Shown: positions 26,668-39,559 of the stretch, in pieces
Position numbering within the stretch: the stretch's first letter is position 1
How the letters are laid out: the number at the start of each line of letters is the position of its first letter
Source of the DNA: Psammoneis japonica
Lineage: Eukaryota
Length of the DNA stretch: 64,000 nucleotides
Reading direction: 5' to 3'
Assembly (NCBI GenBank): GCA_008632985.1
Contig: QPGO01000166.1
Location: 1 to 64,000, forward strand
Translations under genes and position numbers: made by a program
The notes under the pieces: model-generated
The model's database searches: none
What the model saw: only the letters and a program-made list of their open reading frames with translations
What the model was told of the DNA's origin: nothing

Positions 26668-27254
26668 AATTGTGCTGCAAGCAGTCAGCAGCAAGCAGTG
26701 TCTCAATGACAGCAAAATGATGCAAGGCAGGTTCAGCCCACTCTTGGATTTCATCTTGCCTCTCTTTTCAACACACACAACAATGCACAAACCATGAATG
26801 ACAACATGGCAAGATGTGCCTTTGGCACTTCACATTTGTGTTAGACACAGCATCCATTGCGTGGAGCCATTTCAAACAAATTTTGCACTGCATTTTGTGC
26901 TGACATGTGTCCATGAAAAGAGAAGCAAGATGAAATCCAAGAATGTTGTGCTGCAAGCAGTCAGCAGCAAGAAGTGTCTCAATGACAGCAAAATGATGCA
27001 AGGCAGGTTTGGCCCATTCTTGGATTTCATCTTGCCTCAAAAATTGTGCTGCAAGCAGTCAGCAGCAAGCAGCGTCTCAATGACAGCCAAATGATCTTGC
27101 CTCTCTTTTCATGGACACATGTCAGCACAAAATGCAGTGCAAAATTTGTTTGAAATAGCTCAACACAATGGATGCTGTGTCCAACACAAATGTGAAGTGC
27201 CAAAGGCATCTTGCCATGTTGTCATTTGTGGTTTGTGCATTGTTGTGTGTGTTG
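26668..27254. repeat. Composite repeat: three direct copies of a gtgctgcaagcagtcagcagcaag... unit plus an approximately 160-bp inverted repeat (26769-26931 / 27094-27254)
   Basis: Direct alignment by eye; the ORF track shows PLALHICV..HSIHCVE.FQTNFALHFVLTCVHEKR on both strands. Confidence 0.9.
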
Positions 27255-30200
27255 TGCATGTGTGCTGCTGAAACCACTTGTGAGTTTTCCCTTTTTTTGG
27301 AGTCACATGCCTCCTGGCACTTGTCAATGCAGACTCCACTTGGGCTGATTGCCCCATGTGCCAATTTGTGTTTTGCGTCTGCCACATGGACAACAATTTG
27401 ACACAAAAACCATTGATGGATGAGTGCAGGCAATGTGGCAAAACACGGTCTCTCTCTCTCTCTCTCTCTCCTTCAAACGTCTTGCCAAGTTTTAAGTTTG
27501 AGACTTGCAAGTTCTAAAAGTGCCTTTTGTGCATTGAAAACAAGTTTCTGATGTGCGCGAATGTGCCAGAGCCTTTCAACAAAAACAAAAACACAGATCA
27601 CATGGTGGGCATGTGCAGCAATGCATGATGTGCACACACACACAAAGGCACTTGCACATGTCTGTGCATTTCCTGTTTTTGTCAGTGTTTGAGGCAGCAG
27701 TCAGAGAGGGGCCTCACTGACCAGTCATGTGCAGCAGGCATTGCTTGCTCTTTGTTGCCTCCTCTGGATCCTCTGAGGAACAGGAGGGGTGCACCACCAC
27801 AGAAGCAAAGGTCCAATGTGTTCCAGCCTCCTCACATGAGTGCACACACAAAAAAAGACATTTCCACAATTTTTGCACGGTTGCCAACTCACGATTGCTT
27901 TGTTGGGTGGAAAACAATGTCTTCGCTCATTTGCAAAAACCAACAAAACCCACCAAAGTGCACCAAAACAAGCAGTTGCTCTTCATTTCCCACTTTCATT
28001 GTGCCAAGAATTGTGTCACAACACAAGCATTGTTTGTCTCAGGAGCGAAGTTCTGTTTGTCCTTGTGAGCACTCAAGTCAACAAAGTCTTCCAGTCATTC
28101 ACACAGTTGTCCTCTGAGGACCTTCAATGCAACAAATCAGACAGTGAATTTTTTGTGTTGCACAAAAAGTGCTTTTGAACTGGGGACAAAAGTTCTCGTG
28201 CAGTGAGACATGTGGAAACAACTTTGCCGTGCATGGAATTCTCTGTGGGTTGCCACCTGTTTTTTGCACAAGTTGTCGCATTGGTGTGTGGTTGTTTTTG
28301 ACCACTTTCTGTGACTTTGCAGCTGCGCAAGCAGCCCCAACAACCAATTTGAAGTGGGCGCGGTGTGTGTCATGAAGGAAATGGTGAGCTGTGCACTGTG
28401 TGCCAAAATGGACCTGTTGCATTTAAAGGATTTTGAAGGTCTCAATGAACCACCCAAAAGTTGATGCACAAGGTCATCAAAAACAGATCTGTGTGACATG
28501 CAAACAACCACATGATGCAATTTGGATGCAGAGGATTCAATGGTGGCATTTGCATGCACTGAGTGCTTTTGTGATGGGGGTTGGAATGGCCCAAGAAGAG
28601 GGTGCAAAAACTTTGCACTTGAAAGTCACTGAGATCTCCTCAAGTCTGCAGCCATTGCAACAACAAACAAAAGAGAAATGGCACCTGCAGACCAAGTGAA
28701 ATGTGAAAGCTCCAATGGTGTCATTTTTGTTGCCACAAGGCAGGTGGAACAAAGAAAGCAGCCACTGTCATGTGTGCAGCCATGTCATCACTGTGTTGAG
28801 CAACGCTTCAGGAGTTTGAAGAAAATGAATGTTCCCCTGGAGTGTGAACAAGGCATGTTTGATTTTTTCAATGCTGGAGTTCAAGACAATTGTGCCCAAA
28901 AATGTGATTGTCAAACAAATCCATGAACCCATTGTTTTGCATGTCACCAAGCACTGGAGCATGTTGCCAGGCACAGATGCACGTGTTGCACAAGCCTGGT
29001 GCATGCTTGTGCTCATTTTGCAGCTGAGCAGATGTGCAAGTGGCTGTGGTTGTGTGCCAGCCATGCTGCAAAGCCAAAGCCTGCAACACCCCTCTCCCAA
29101 AGCTGTGCTGCCAAGTTGACAAAAGTTGTGAATGCAAAGCTGTGCATTTTGCAGCATTTGCCACCAAGCACTGCAACAAACTTGGGGCAAAACTTTAGAT
29201 TTGACAGTGAAGAAGTTTGCGCACCACATGTGAGCAAGCACACAACATTCACACCAACAGGCACTTCTCCTCAAAATGTGACCAGCTCAGGGTGTGTGTG
29301 AGTCACAGGGAATCATTTGGCACTTTGACCTGGTGAGGGCACACTCAGGTGTGTTGTGTTGGCCCACCTCTGTTGAGGTGCATGCTCTCTTGTCAGCATT
29401 TCTTTTTTTTTCATTTGTTCTCACCTTTGTCATTTGGGTTTCACGTGGATGTTGTCCCATGACCAAATCTTTTGATGTTTTGGATCTTGACTCAAGCGCA
29501 ACAATGGCTGCAACTGTGTGGCATTGTTTTGTTTAAATCCATGATGCAGCTGTGTTTGATTGTCACCAAAGACATTTCCGTTGAGGAATTTTTCAAAAAT
29601 GTCAACAAAAATTTTGCATTTGATGTGTTTTCACATTGGATGTTGACATGCTCAGTTGTCAGGGCAACAAATCCAACTGGTCTGTTGTGTGAAGTGACTT
29701 GCACCGCAATTTGTTTGTCCCTTCTGTGACACTTTCCCGTGCAAATTTTCTTCCTCTCAAGTTTTTCTTGCTTTTGCAAAGTCCAGGCAATGTCAACAGG
29801 AGGATGGGTTCCCACAAATCCACTTGGTCTGTTGCATCAAGCAACTTCCACCACAATTTTTTGTCCTTTCTGCAAGACTTCCACATGAATTTTACCCTGT
29901 GAACTTTTGCTTTCTTTGTTTTGACCAGGGTGAGATTTGTGTGCCCAACAGGCAGGCAAAGAACAGATGCACATGTTGTGGAAAAATCTCTCAAGCACCA
30001 TGATGACTCCCTTTTCACTTGACTCAGTCAGCTCAAAAATGGCAGCACAGAGGAACAAGCATTGTGCCCCTCTTCCAGTGATTCTGAAGAATCCACTGGT
30101 GATGAAAAAAGAGGCCCTTTCTTCCGACCAGTCACAGTGCAGGGAACACAGAAATGCCTCTGGTGGTGACTCTCTTTGCAGACCATGCACATGAGGCAGA

Positions 30201-33200
30201 AAAGACACTTGCATTTCTGTCACTCACACCTGCAGCCACAAACAATTGAAATGTTTTTGAAACTTGGGGGCACAATGGTGCAAAGCAGCGTGACCACAGC
30301 AAGTGCAGGCAAACACACAATGCAAAAACAACAAGGAGTCAGGGCAACTTTGGCTCAGAGACAGATCAATCCAAGTGAGCAGATGGCCAATGATGAAAAG
30401 GTTGGCAGAGACATCAAGGTGAGAGATCATGTCAAAGAAAAGGTGTTTGTGAGCACTGCACTCATGTTTGGCACAAAGCAATTGGACAAAACAGGGCGCT
30501 GCACAAAGACAAGTTTTGCTGCAAGTGTTGGCCTCGCTGGGGCATTGATGTTCAGCAAGATGCAAATCTGACACCAGCAGCTTTGCACCGTTTCCAATTG
30601 TGTGTGGGCATGAAAAGATGAAAGGGCAACTCTCAGCTCTCACAGGTGTTGTGAACCAGCTTGAGAACATTGCCAACAAATGGCTCATGGCAAAGAAGGT
30701 TGTTGCAAAGAAGTGAAAGTGTGCAAGATGACTCAAGTGCTGTGTGGCAAGCAACCAAAGCCCAGCAAAGATGTGTGCAGGAGATGATGCAAGATGCCAA
30801 GGAAAATGGCAGAGGATGGTCACCAAGAGCCAACAAGTTCTCCAAGGAGCCGGTTGTGGAGGTCAAATGAGATGTCAAAAGTGAGTGGCTTTTGTGCAGA
30901 ACAGTTGCAGCCAGCCATGGAAAGCAAGTGGGGGAAAGACTTGACAACTTGGATGATGCGGAAGACCACATGGCAAGCTGCACCAAGATCTGCAAGCTGG
31001 AGTTGACAGTGGTTTGGGAGATGATGACCCATGAGCAGAGATGCTTTCATTGTTCAACATGAAATTCCAAGGCAACTCTGCACCACAGAAGCTGTGCGCC
31101 AGATGGCAACTGTCAAATTGATCATTTTGTGTGTGCACAAACTCAACGAGTTTGGCCATGCTGGCTGGGTTGACAAGTTCTTGATTTGTGCCCATGGAGA
31201 TGTTTGCTGGAAGAAAAGGACACTCACTTGTTTTCAAAACACCCCAATTTGTCACAAATGGGGTGAATTCATGAGGAATCTGACTGATCTGTCAACAAAT
31301 GAATTTGCATGTGTGCACTCACACATGTTTTGTGCAGTCAGTCTGGTCATCTGCGGGTTGGAGGATTCTTAGATTTGGGTCCCTGTGACCCAGAAACAGC
31401 CTTGCGGTTGTCATCAATGACAATCTTTGCAGCTGCCTTTGCTGCTCATTGTTGAACTCAGCACACAAAGCACAGCAACAATGCTCCATCTGCTCAGGAA
31501 CCTGGGCAATGGTCAGCACACAGCAGCAGCCTTGTCAAAAAGCACCACTGTTGCTGCAGCAACAAAGCAGAGGGCTGCTCTCTGTGTTTGCCACTTCAGC
31601 ACCCTGAGAAAAAGGAGCTGTGCAGAAGAAAAGGTCAGCACCAGATGCACAAGCCATGCAACTCTTGCACTGATGAAAATGGTCCCCAACAACATGCAAG
31701 CTGAGTGTGCTGCACATCAGTGCTGGAGTGCATGAAGTGCAGCTGCTCTTCTTGAAAAAAAAACTCCAACAAAGTGTTGCTGCTGGACCAAAGAAAAACA
31801 TGTTCCCCTGTTTGTGTGCAGGCTGTTGGAGGGCAATGCCCCAACTGCACTCAAAGACAAGCTGCAAGACTTGGCCACCAAAGCAAATCAGATCTTCATG
31901 CAGTGTGCAGATGCCATGACAAAACAAAGCAAAGTCTTTCCCAGGAGGGCAGTGCTGCCACACAAGTGCTGCTCAAGGTGTTTTGCACAAAAGCCTGTGA
32001 AAATGAAGACTTGGTGGGAATGTGTCACAAGAGAGCCATTGAGCTGAGCAGCTGTTTGAAGAATTCTCCACCCTTGGTTGAAGATGGGGGTGGCCTGCAA
32101 GATGTGAGGACATGTTGGCAAGCTTGTTTGAGTTTGGTCTGCTGTGAGAAGCCAGCAGCACTGCACGGCTCCACAGGACTTTGACCCACTTGCTCACACA
32201 ACCTTCAACAAGTTTGTCTTATTTTGCAAATGAGTCAAGCCCCGCCAAAGGCAGGCTGCAAAAGGCGCCCAAGGACAAGAAGGCCTCCCTCTCTTCAGGG
32301 CACCTTGGGCTGTCAAAATTGTCCATGAGCTCAAACCCCACAAATTGTGGGGCTGGACAATCATGGAGCAGCATGCTCTCAGTGGTCATGTTTGCTGTGT
32401 GAGCCACAGCATGCCCTGCTGCTTGGGTGCTGTGCAGTGCACCACCCACCATGCTGGCCTGGGTGGGTTCACACTCTGGACACAAAGCAGAAAAAGCTTG
32501 TCTGCACATCAAGAAAAAGAGTTCTGAGTGCAGAGAGTGCCAGCACACAACAGGGCAGCTGATGCTTGTCAAACAGGAGCAAAAAACAAAATGTGGGGCT
32601 GGCTGTCTTGTGTGGGCCCTGCCAAAGGAGTTGCATGCACAAGGGAGACCAGCAGCATGCTGTGCACACAAGATGGTGTGCACTGATGGACACAATGTGC
32701 AGTGCACTGCAGATGGCAACCCATCATCAGCAAGATGCATCTGGCCTGCTTTGCAGCCCTTGTGTCCTGGGTGTCCTGGGGGGGGGGCACCACCATGCAA
32801 GGCACACACAGCACTGGCAACTGGCAGATGCTAGCATGACATGGCCTGTGTGAGATGCAACCTTCTTCACAAAGGTGAGTGTCAGGCACAGACACACCTG
32901 TGCTGCCCAAGCTTGTGCAGCTTGTGAGTGCACATTGGCATGGTTGCTTGCCAGCTGTGAGCAAACCCACATCACTGGATTGTGCACTCAGCTGCTGCCC
33001 CAAAAAGCTCTGCTGAGGGAATGAAGCTTTTCAGTTGTGAGTGGAGAAGCTTGCTCAAATGTGCATGATGTGGCTGCACACAGCTTGTGTGGCTGAAGAA
33101 TGTGTTTCAGCAAAACATGTTTTCTCAGAAGCAGTCTTTTGACTCTGTCATTGGCACTGATCTTCACAGCTGCCTTTTAGGCTCATTGCCAAATTTGGCA

Positions 33201-34153
33201 CATGATGAGGAAATGGCTGCTGCAAAGCAAGCTGGACACAGGCAGTTTTTGAGCACATTGCATTTTTTGTTCATTTCTTCCATCATTGCTTGTTTTAGTG
33301 GAAACAGGCGCTGCTCTGCATTTTGAGATGCTCTGGCAAAAAGAGATGTGAAGTCCTGGTGCACAAGAACTTTCCAAAGATGCACCACAAAAGATGTTTC
33401 AAAAGCCCAGCTTGCTGCAATTTTGTGCACACTCCTCCCTCTGCACCTTGTCCCCTCTCTTGCCACCACCCCAGTGTGGTGCAGTGGGTCAACAGACACA
33501 AAGCTTGCCTTGTTGCTTCAAACATTCAAGCTTCTGAGTTGCTTGCCAGAGAGAAAACAAAGCTTTTTCCTCAATGTTCCACAACAACACAAGGAGGCCA
33601 AGGGCTGTCTAATGTGTGGTTGACAGATCTGACACAGCAGCAGCAGCAGCAGCAGCCTTGTGAAGATCTGGCATTTCAGCTGGTTTCAGCACAAGGTGCT
33701 GATTGTGAGATGTGCTGTGCTTGTCAGATGGGGCAGCAAACTTGCCCCCCCATGGTGCACACCACATGTGGCAAAATCCTGCTTGTTGTTTCATGAAACC
33801 TTTCTCTGCATTTTGAGTGCAATGTTTTTTGTGGTGGGGTGTTGCCTGATGGCAAGCTGCAAGGGAAAAAATGGCAAGACTCAGCAAACTTCTTCTGAGA
33901 ACCACACTTCCAAAAAGTTGCCTTCACCCAGCCACTCTCTCACTGGGTCATGTTCTGGAGCATGAGGCATCATGTGCACTTTTGAGTGTGCCACATTGGA
34001 AAAGCAGCTTTGCAAGTCTTGAGAAGCCACCAACACCTTCCCATGGGCCACCCAAGAGAGAGAGAGAGAGAGAGAGTTTGCCAATTTTGTTTGTTTGGGG
34101 TCACGGTTGAAGGGAATCAAGCCCGCCAGCAACAGATCAACCAAAGAGGACAA

Positions 34154-35030
34154 ATTTAGCGCTGAAATGACTCAGTGGAAAAAAACATTTTTGACACACA
34201 CAAAATGTGTGTCCACACAAAAACATCATGCACAAGCACCCGGATGCACATTTTTGAAAGTGTCACAACCCAGAGGCCATGTGGGATCACACCAGCGACA
34301 CACATGTGACAAAAAACCCGGATGCACATTTTGTCAAATGTGTGGGACATTTTGAAAAATGTGCACCCTGGCAAAATTTTGCACATGTAGAATTTGCACT
34401 GGAAGTCTCGCAGATGAGGACTGGCCAAACGCACTTGTCAAGTCCAGGTTTTGCACCCCAAAATGTGCTGAAACTGGCTGTGTGTTTGCCAGGCAGATGC
34501 AGCACTGATCTGTGACATGACAGCCTCCCTCCAACACTGCGCACCGTCTTCACACTGACACAAGCTTCAACAACTGTGCCGCACAAATCCAATGCCCACA
34601 GCCAGATCCTGTGCTGCGCTCTTGAGATCCTCCTGTGTGAGTGACTAGACAGCATGCACACTGTCACTTGCTTGAGCAGGTGACAGCTGCAAATGCATGC
34701 AACAGTGAGCCAAATGGCTGTCACTTGTTTCCAGTTGCTTCTGTGCAGTTGCTGGCTCATCATGAGTGCATTGCAACATTTTGGTGTGATGCCACACAGA
34801 ATTTCCTGGTGCATTTCTACACAACACTGGTGCACTTTTGTGCATTCAGTGCAAAATGAGCTCCAAAAACTGAAAAATGCCCCCCATGCATTCAGCCAGT
34901 CCTTGCTTGCAGACATGTTTTACACACCCGGATGCACATTTTGAAAGCTGTGTCACACATAAAAAGTTGTGTTGCAAGGTGTGCAAAAAATGCGCGAGCT
35001 CACCACATGGAAAAAATGCACATGTGGCTG
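34154..35030. repeat. MITE-like or subterminal repeat region with recurring cccggatgcacatttt motif
   Basis: Motif at about 34239, 34317 and 34927, with tgtcaca/aaaatgtg submotifs; ends not defined. Confidence 0.5.
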
Positions 35031-38000
35031 CACAGCTGGCAGTGCAATGGTTGCAGGGGCTTGAGTCACAGGAGCTTGTGTCCCTTCCCATGCCTGGCTT
35101 TTCCTGCAGAGCTGCAAGACAAAGATCACCTTCCCAGCTGCTGTGTGGCTGTGTGTGCCAACAGAGGAAACAACATGTGCAGCTGAGCACAGCCACAAAG
35201 GCAAGCCACAGTTGGAAAATGCAAACAAGAGTTGATGTTGCTGGCTGAATTTTGGGCTTGTGTCAAAACTGCATGAGAAGAGACTTGGAGTGCCAAGATC
35301 TCTGGGGCAGAGTCTCAAACCTTTTGTTGCTCAGTGCAGCAGCACATGCCTGCAGTGCTGCCAAAAGCACCACAGAGTGCTGGGGCTGTCAAGGCCAAGC
35401 AAAAAACTGCAAGAGACAACACACATGTCATGTGGGGGCAGAGGGTGGCAGAGGCAATCTGAGAAGGGAAAAAGGGCTGCTGAGGGGAGCAACCAAGAAT
35501 CTTGCTGTGTGTTGCAATCACCAGGTTGAGGGCAAATGAAGATCACAGGGCTTGGCAGGCCTTTTTGTGGCTGGCATCACAACAGGCTGGCAAGTTTGTG
35601 TGCTGTGAGCAGGTTGTGTTGCAGTTCTCAGCACTTTTTTTACTTTTCTCATGCTTGATCTGATGTGTCTGCCAACATGGGCTCTCTGTGAGCCATTGGA
35701 GGGTGTGGGATGCAAGAGGTGGGCAAAACAGGCAGTGCCAGCTGAGCTTGTTTGCCTCAGAAGTTTTTGCTTTTCTCAAGCTGCAGATCAACCTGAGCTC
35801 CTGTTTGGGTGCTTTTTGAAATTGCCAAACACACTCAGGAGATGCTGAGCCCAGCAGAAGTGCCGCTGGCAAGAAAGGAGGCCTGCAGCAAGAAGAAGGT
35901 TGTGTCGCACCATGCCATCTCTTTTGACTTCTGCCAAATTGTTTCCACATGGCAGCTCTGATGTTCCAGTTGGTTTGCATTGTTGAGTGATTTGTGTCAA
36001 AAAATCTGATGTGCTGGCAGCACAGGAAAAAGAAGACAAGCCCACCAGCCACTTGTCAAGATTTTTGTCTGTGGGCTGTGTGCGAAAGTGTGCCCCCCCC
36101 CCCCCCTCTGAGCAAAGGCAATTTGCAAAAAGAAGGTGAAAACCAGCAAGAACAGTGAAGCTTCAAGAAAAAAAGCTCTGCATCAAAAATCTGGGGCAGA
36201 AACAACAGAGCATTTTGACCAGTGTGCACAACTTGTTGTGCATTGAGAAAAGTGCCACGCATCTCTTTCCTCTGCCCTTGCTCCACAACCCAGGCAGGCA
36301 AAACAAGCACTGGCTTCAACAAGAGACAAGTGGCTGGCTGGGCGACACTTTCATTCACAAGGCCCAAAGGCTCTCTAAAAGCCACAATCTGTGAGAACAC
36401 CTGCAACTTTGTCAGATGATGTGAGCTGCAACACATGACTTGCCTTGAGTTGCTGAAAATGCCCAGAGTTTGGGCAATTCATGAAAGCAAAAAAAAACTG
36501 TGGGACATCTCCAATGAGCACCAGCCATTGTGCTTGACAGCACTTTGGGTGGGGGGGGTGGGCTGCCACATCCAACTGAAAGATGGGGCTGAGCTGTGTC
36601 ATGGCTGTTTGGCCCCACAAGGTTCTCAGGGTTTGTGTGCAGACCCTGAAAAATGAGGCCCAATGGGCATGCAATGTGGGCACTGTCAAATGGGCAAATT
36701 GATTGGAGTGGGCAGCTCTTTTGTTTGTCACTCCCAAAAAGGACCAGACAGCACAGCTCCTTTGTTTGTCATTTCCAAAAAGGGCCAGACAGCACAGCTT
36801 GTCAATGGTTTTTACAAGCTGAGCAAAGTGATGAAGTGAGTGCCAAGTGTCGTCTGACCCCACATTTGCAGCACAATTTTGTCTTGGAAAAAGCACAAGG
36901 TGTGGTTGTTGCTGATGGGCTCATGTGTGCATGTCTCAGGAGGAAACATTGGGTCCATTCCAGGATTTTGTGTGTGTGCTCATGTGCAGGCAAACAGACA
37001 ACCTTCAAATTTTGATTGGGTGCACACAAAATGCAAAAAACTCAATGCTGTTGAGCACTTGCACATCTGCGTTTTGACAAACCATTTGAGGAGGAGCATG
37101 ACATCACACCCAAATGGCAACTTTGAGCAGCAATGTTGTGGGGCAGTTGACACTGGCATCCTTTTGCAACAGCAAAAAGCTTGGCATTGCCCAGCCAAGT
37201 TGCACAATGATGGAAACAGAATTGCCAGCCATTGTGGAGGCACTGAAGGAGCTCAGGTTCACTCATCTTGGGCAGCAGACAGTTGTGGATTCTTGTCATG
37301 AAAACCTCACACACAAAGCACCCAACACCACCAAACTTGTCATGTGTGCTGGTGGCTGACATGTGCAAAAGTGTGTGGGCCCAAATCATGACATGTCAAT
37401 CAAAGATGACCATCACAATTTGGTTGCTGATGCACCAAGTTGCCTCAATCTCAGTTTGTGCTGGAAACAGCAAATGATCCAAAGGCCCTGGAAATGCCAG
37501 AGAAGTGCACCCTCTGCATGAAGGTTTCCTGGCAGAAGTGAGAAAGATGCGTCAACAACCCCCACCAGCTGTGAGAAAATTCAAGCCAAACAGCAAAGGG
37601 CAAGTGCCTGCCACAAAAGCCTGCTGCATGGGCTTTTCATGAGGTGGCTCACTGAAAAAAAGCAGGCAAAAGACAAAGTCATTGTCCCAGCATTGCCACA
37701 AAAGAAGCAGATGGCTGGCCTGGCTGGCATCATTTTCAGTGGTGCCATCCTGGAGATGCTTGCACAGAAACATCTGTTGCCCCCAACATCTCCACTGGTG
37801 CAGTGTGTGAGCTGCAGCAAGATCTGTGTGCTCCAAGCAAAAAGCACTCCAGAAGAGCCAAAAGACAAAATCTCAAATGGAGGGAGTTGGCAGCAAAGAG
37901 GCAGCTCTGAAGTTGTCCTGTGGGAGAGACCCAGTGCATGGGCATGACACCAGGGGGGCACACCATCCAGCAAAAAGAAAAAGAAACCACTGCATTTGTG

Positions 38001-39559
38001 GGTGGTCAGGATGGTTGGTCTGGCAGCAACTGGGTGGCCAAAAACTGCCACAAAGTGTTGGTGCAAAAAGCACTGACATTGCTCATCTGATGTCATCAAG
38101 CAAGCCTGATCATGCAGGTGTCCATGGCTGAGAAAGGTTGTCTTCCACAGAAAATGGCTGTGGACTTAAAAAGAAACTGGGAGCACCAAATGTGCAACCC
38201 ACGCACAAGCTTCACAGTGGAGCATGCACACCAGATGGATTGGGAGTGTGCGAAGCAATCATTTTCAATCTGGTGTGTGGAGCTGGACAAGGACAAGAAC
38301 CCACAAAGCAACAGCATGCTCTGGTCATGTTTGCCATGCAGGCCATGGCCCACACTGCCACTGCTTGAGCAAGCCCAGCAAAGAGCTGGTGTTTGGCAAA
38401 GATGTCAGCATGTTCTTGAGTGTTGCCAGCTGTGCTGGCTGGAAGCACACACTCAGGAGAGAAGCAAAAGCTTGCTTGCACAAACAACAAGAGAGAGAAA
38501 ATTCCAAGCACAGAGAGGAAAGCCAATGTGCCACAGGGCACCAGCTGGCACTTGTCTGACAGGGACAAAGACAGAAAGTGGTGCTGAGTTTCTCATGCAG
38601 ACCCTGCCATTCATGTGCACACATGTGGTGGTGTGGCGGTGTGCTGATCGATGCATTGCACAATGACCCACAGCAGCAGATGGCACTGTGAGCCACACTC
38701 TTTGTCATGGGATGGAAAATTTGAGTCCCCCCCATGATGATGCCATGCATGTGGAAGAAATCCTGCTTGCTTCGCTGGATTTTTTTCATGATGGCAGGTC
38801 AAACACACCACAGAGTGGCATGTCTCTGTGCAGAGTGTGAGCAGCAACACATTTTGGGTGCCCACATTGGAGAGCCCAGCTCTTTGCCAAGACTGCCCTG
38901 GTGCTGTGTCCAAAAACAATCTCAGGGGAAGAGTCTCCAATCTTGTTGCAGCTGGCACAGCTGCACAAGTCAGCAGCACTGCCAAAGGTGCTGCACTGGG
39001 GCAGCCAGCTGTGCTGAGTGCCAAGCAAAATGCAAAAGACAGCACATGCATCATGCAGAGCCAGAGGCCAGTGGAGGCAATCTGAGAAGGGAAAAAGGGC
39101 TGCTGTTGGCAGCAACCAGGAGTCTTGCTTTTTGCTCCAATGTGGCAGGCCCACTTGCAGTTGGTGTGATGGCAGGTCATGAACAAATCTGCAAGCCAAG
39201 TGTTGGTCAAACTGCAACTCTTCTCAACCCTCTTTTCTTCCAGGAGAGGAGAACAAGAGAGGCAAGTTGGCTTGGTGTCATGCTTGTCACTCTCTGAAAG
39301 CCGCAATCCATGAGAACACCTGGGACTTTGTCAGATGTGAACCACAGCTGCAGCAGCTGGGAAACAGGCCAATCGTCCTTCGGCCAGGCCCACAGCAGGC
39401 CCACAGCACAGGCCCACCTGTTGGGGGGTGGGGTGTCACGTGTCACACACACTCTCTGCTCTCTAGAGTGGCCAGAGCTGGCTGGAGTAGAGAGTCTGCC
39501 GCACACACTGCACATGTGGCCCCAAACTGTTGACTGTTTCTAATTGCTCTACCTCACAG

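Noticed and set aside
27437..34083. (CT)n at about 27449 and (GA)n at about 34056 as inverted ends of a nested element
   Set aside because: Similarity beyond the microsatellite is only a few bases (ggcaaa), which is insufficient.
16200..39500. Hundreds of short Cys/His/Gln-rich ORFs on all six frames
   Set aside because: Artefact of TpA loss: TAA/TAG stops and Tyr codons are gone and TGY/CAY/CAR codons are inflated. They are not metallothionein-like or zinc-finger genes.
22890..39500. Assignment to a specific TE family (Copia, Helitron, etc.)
   Set aside because: No RT, integrase, transposase or Rep/helicase motif could be recognised with confidence in the degraded sequence.
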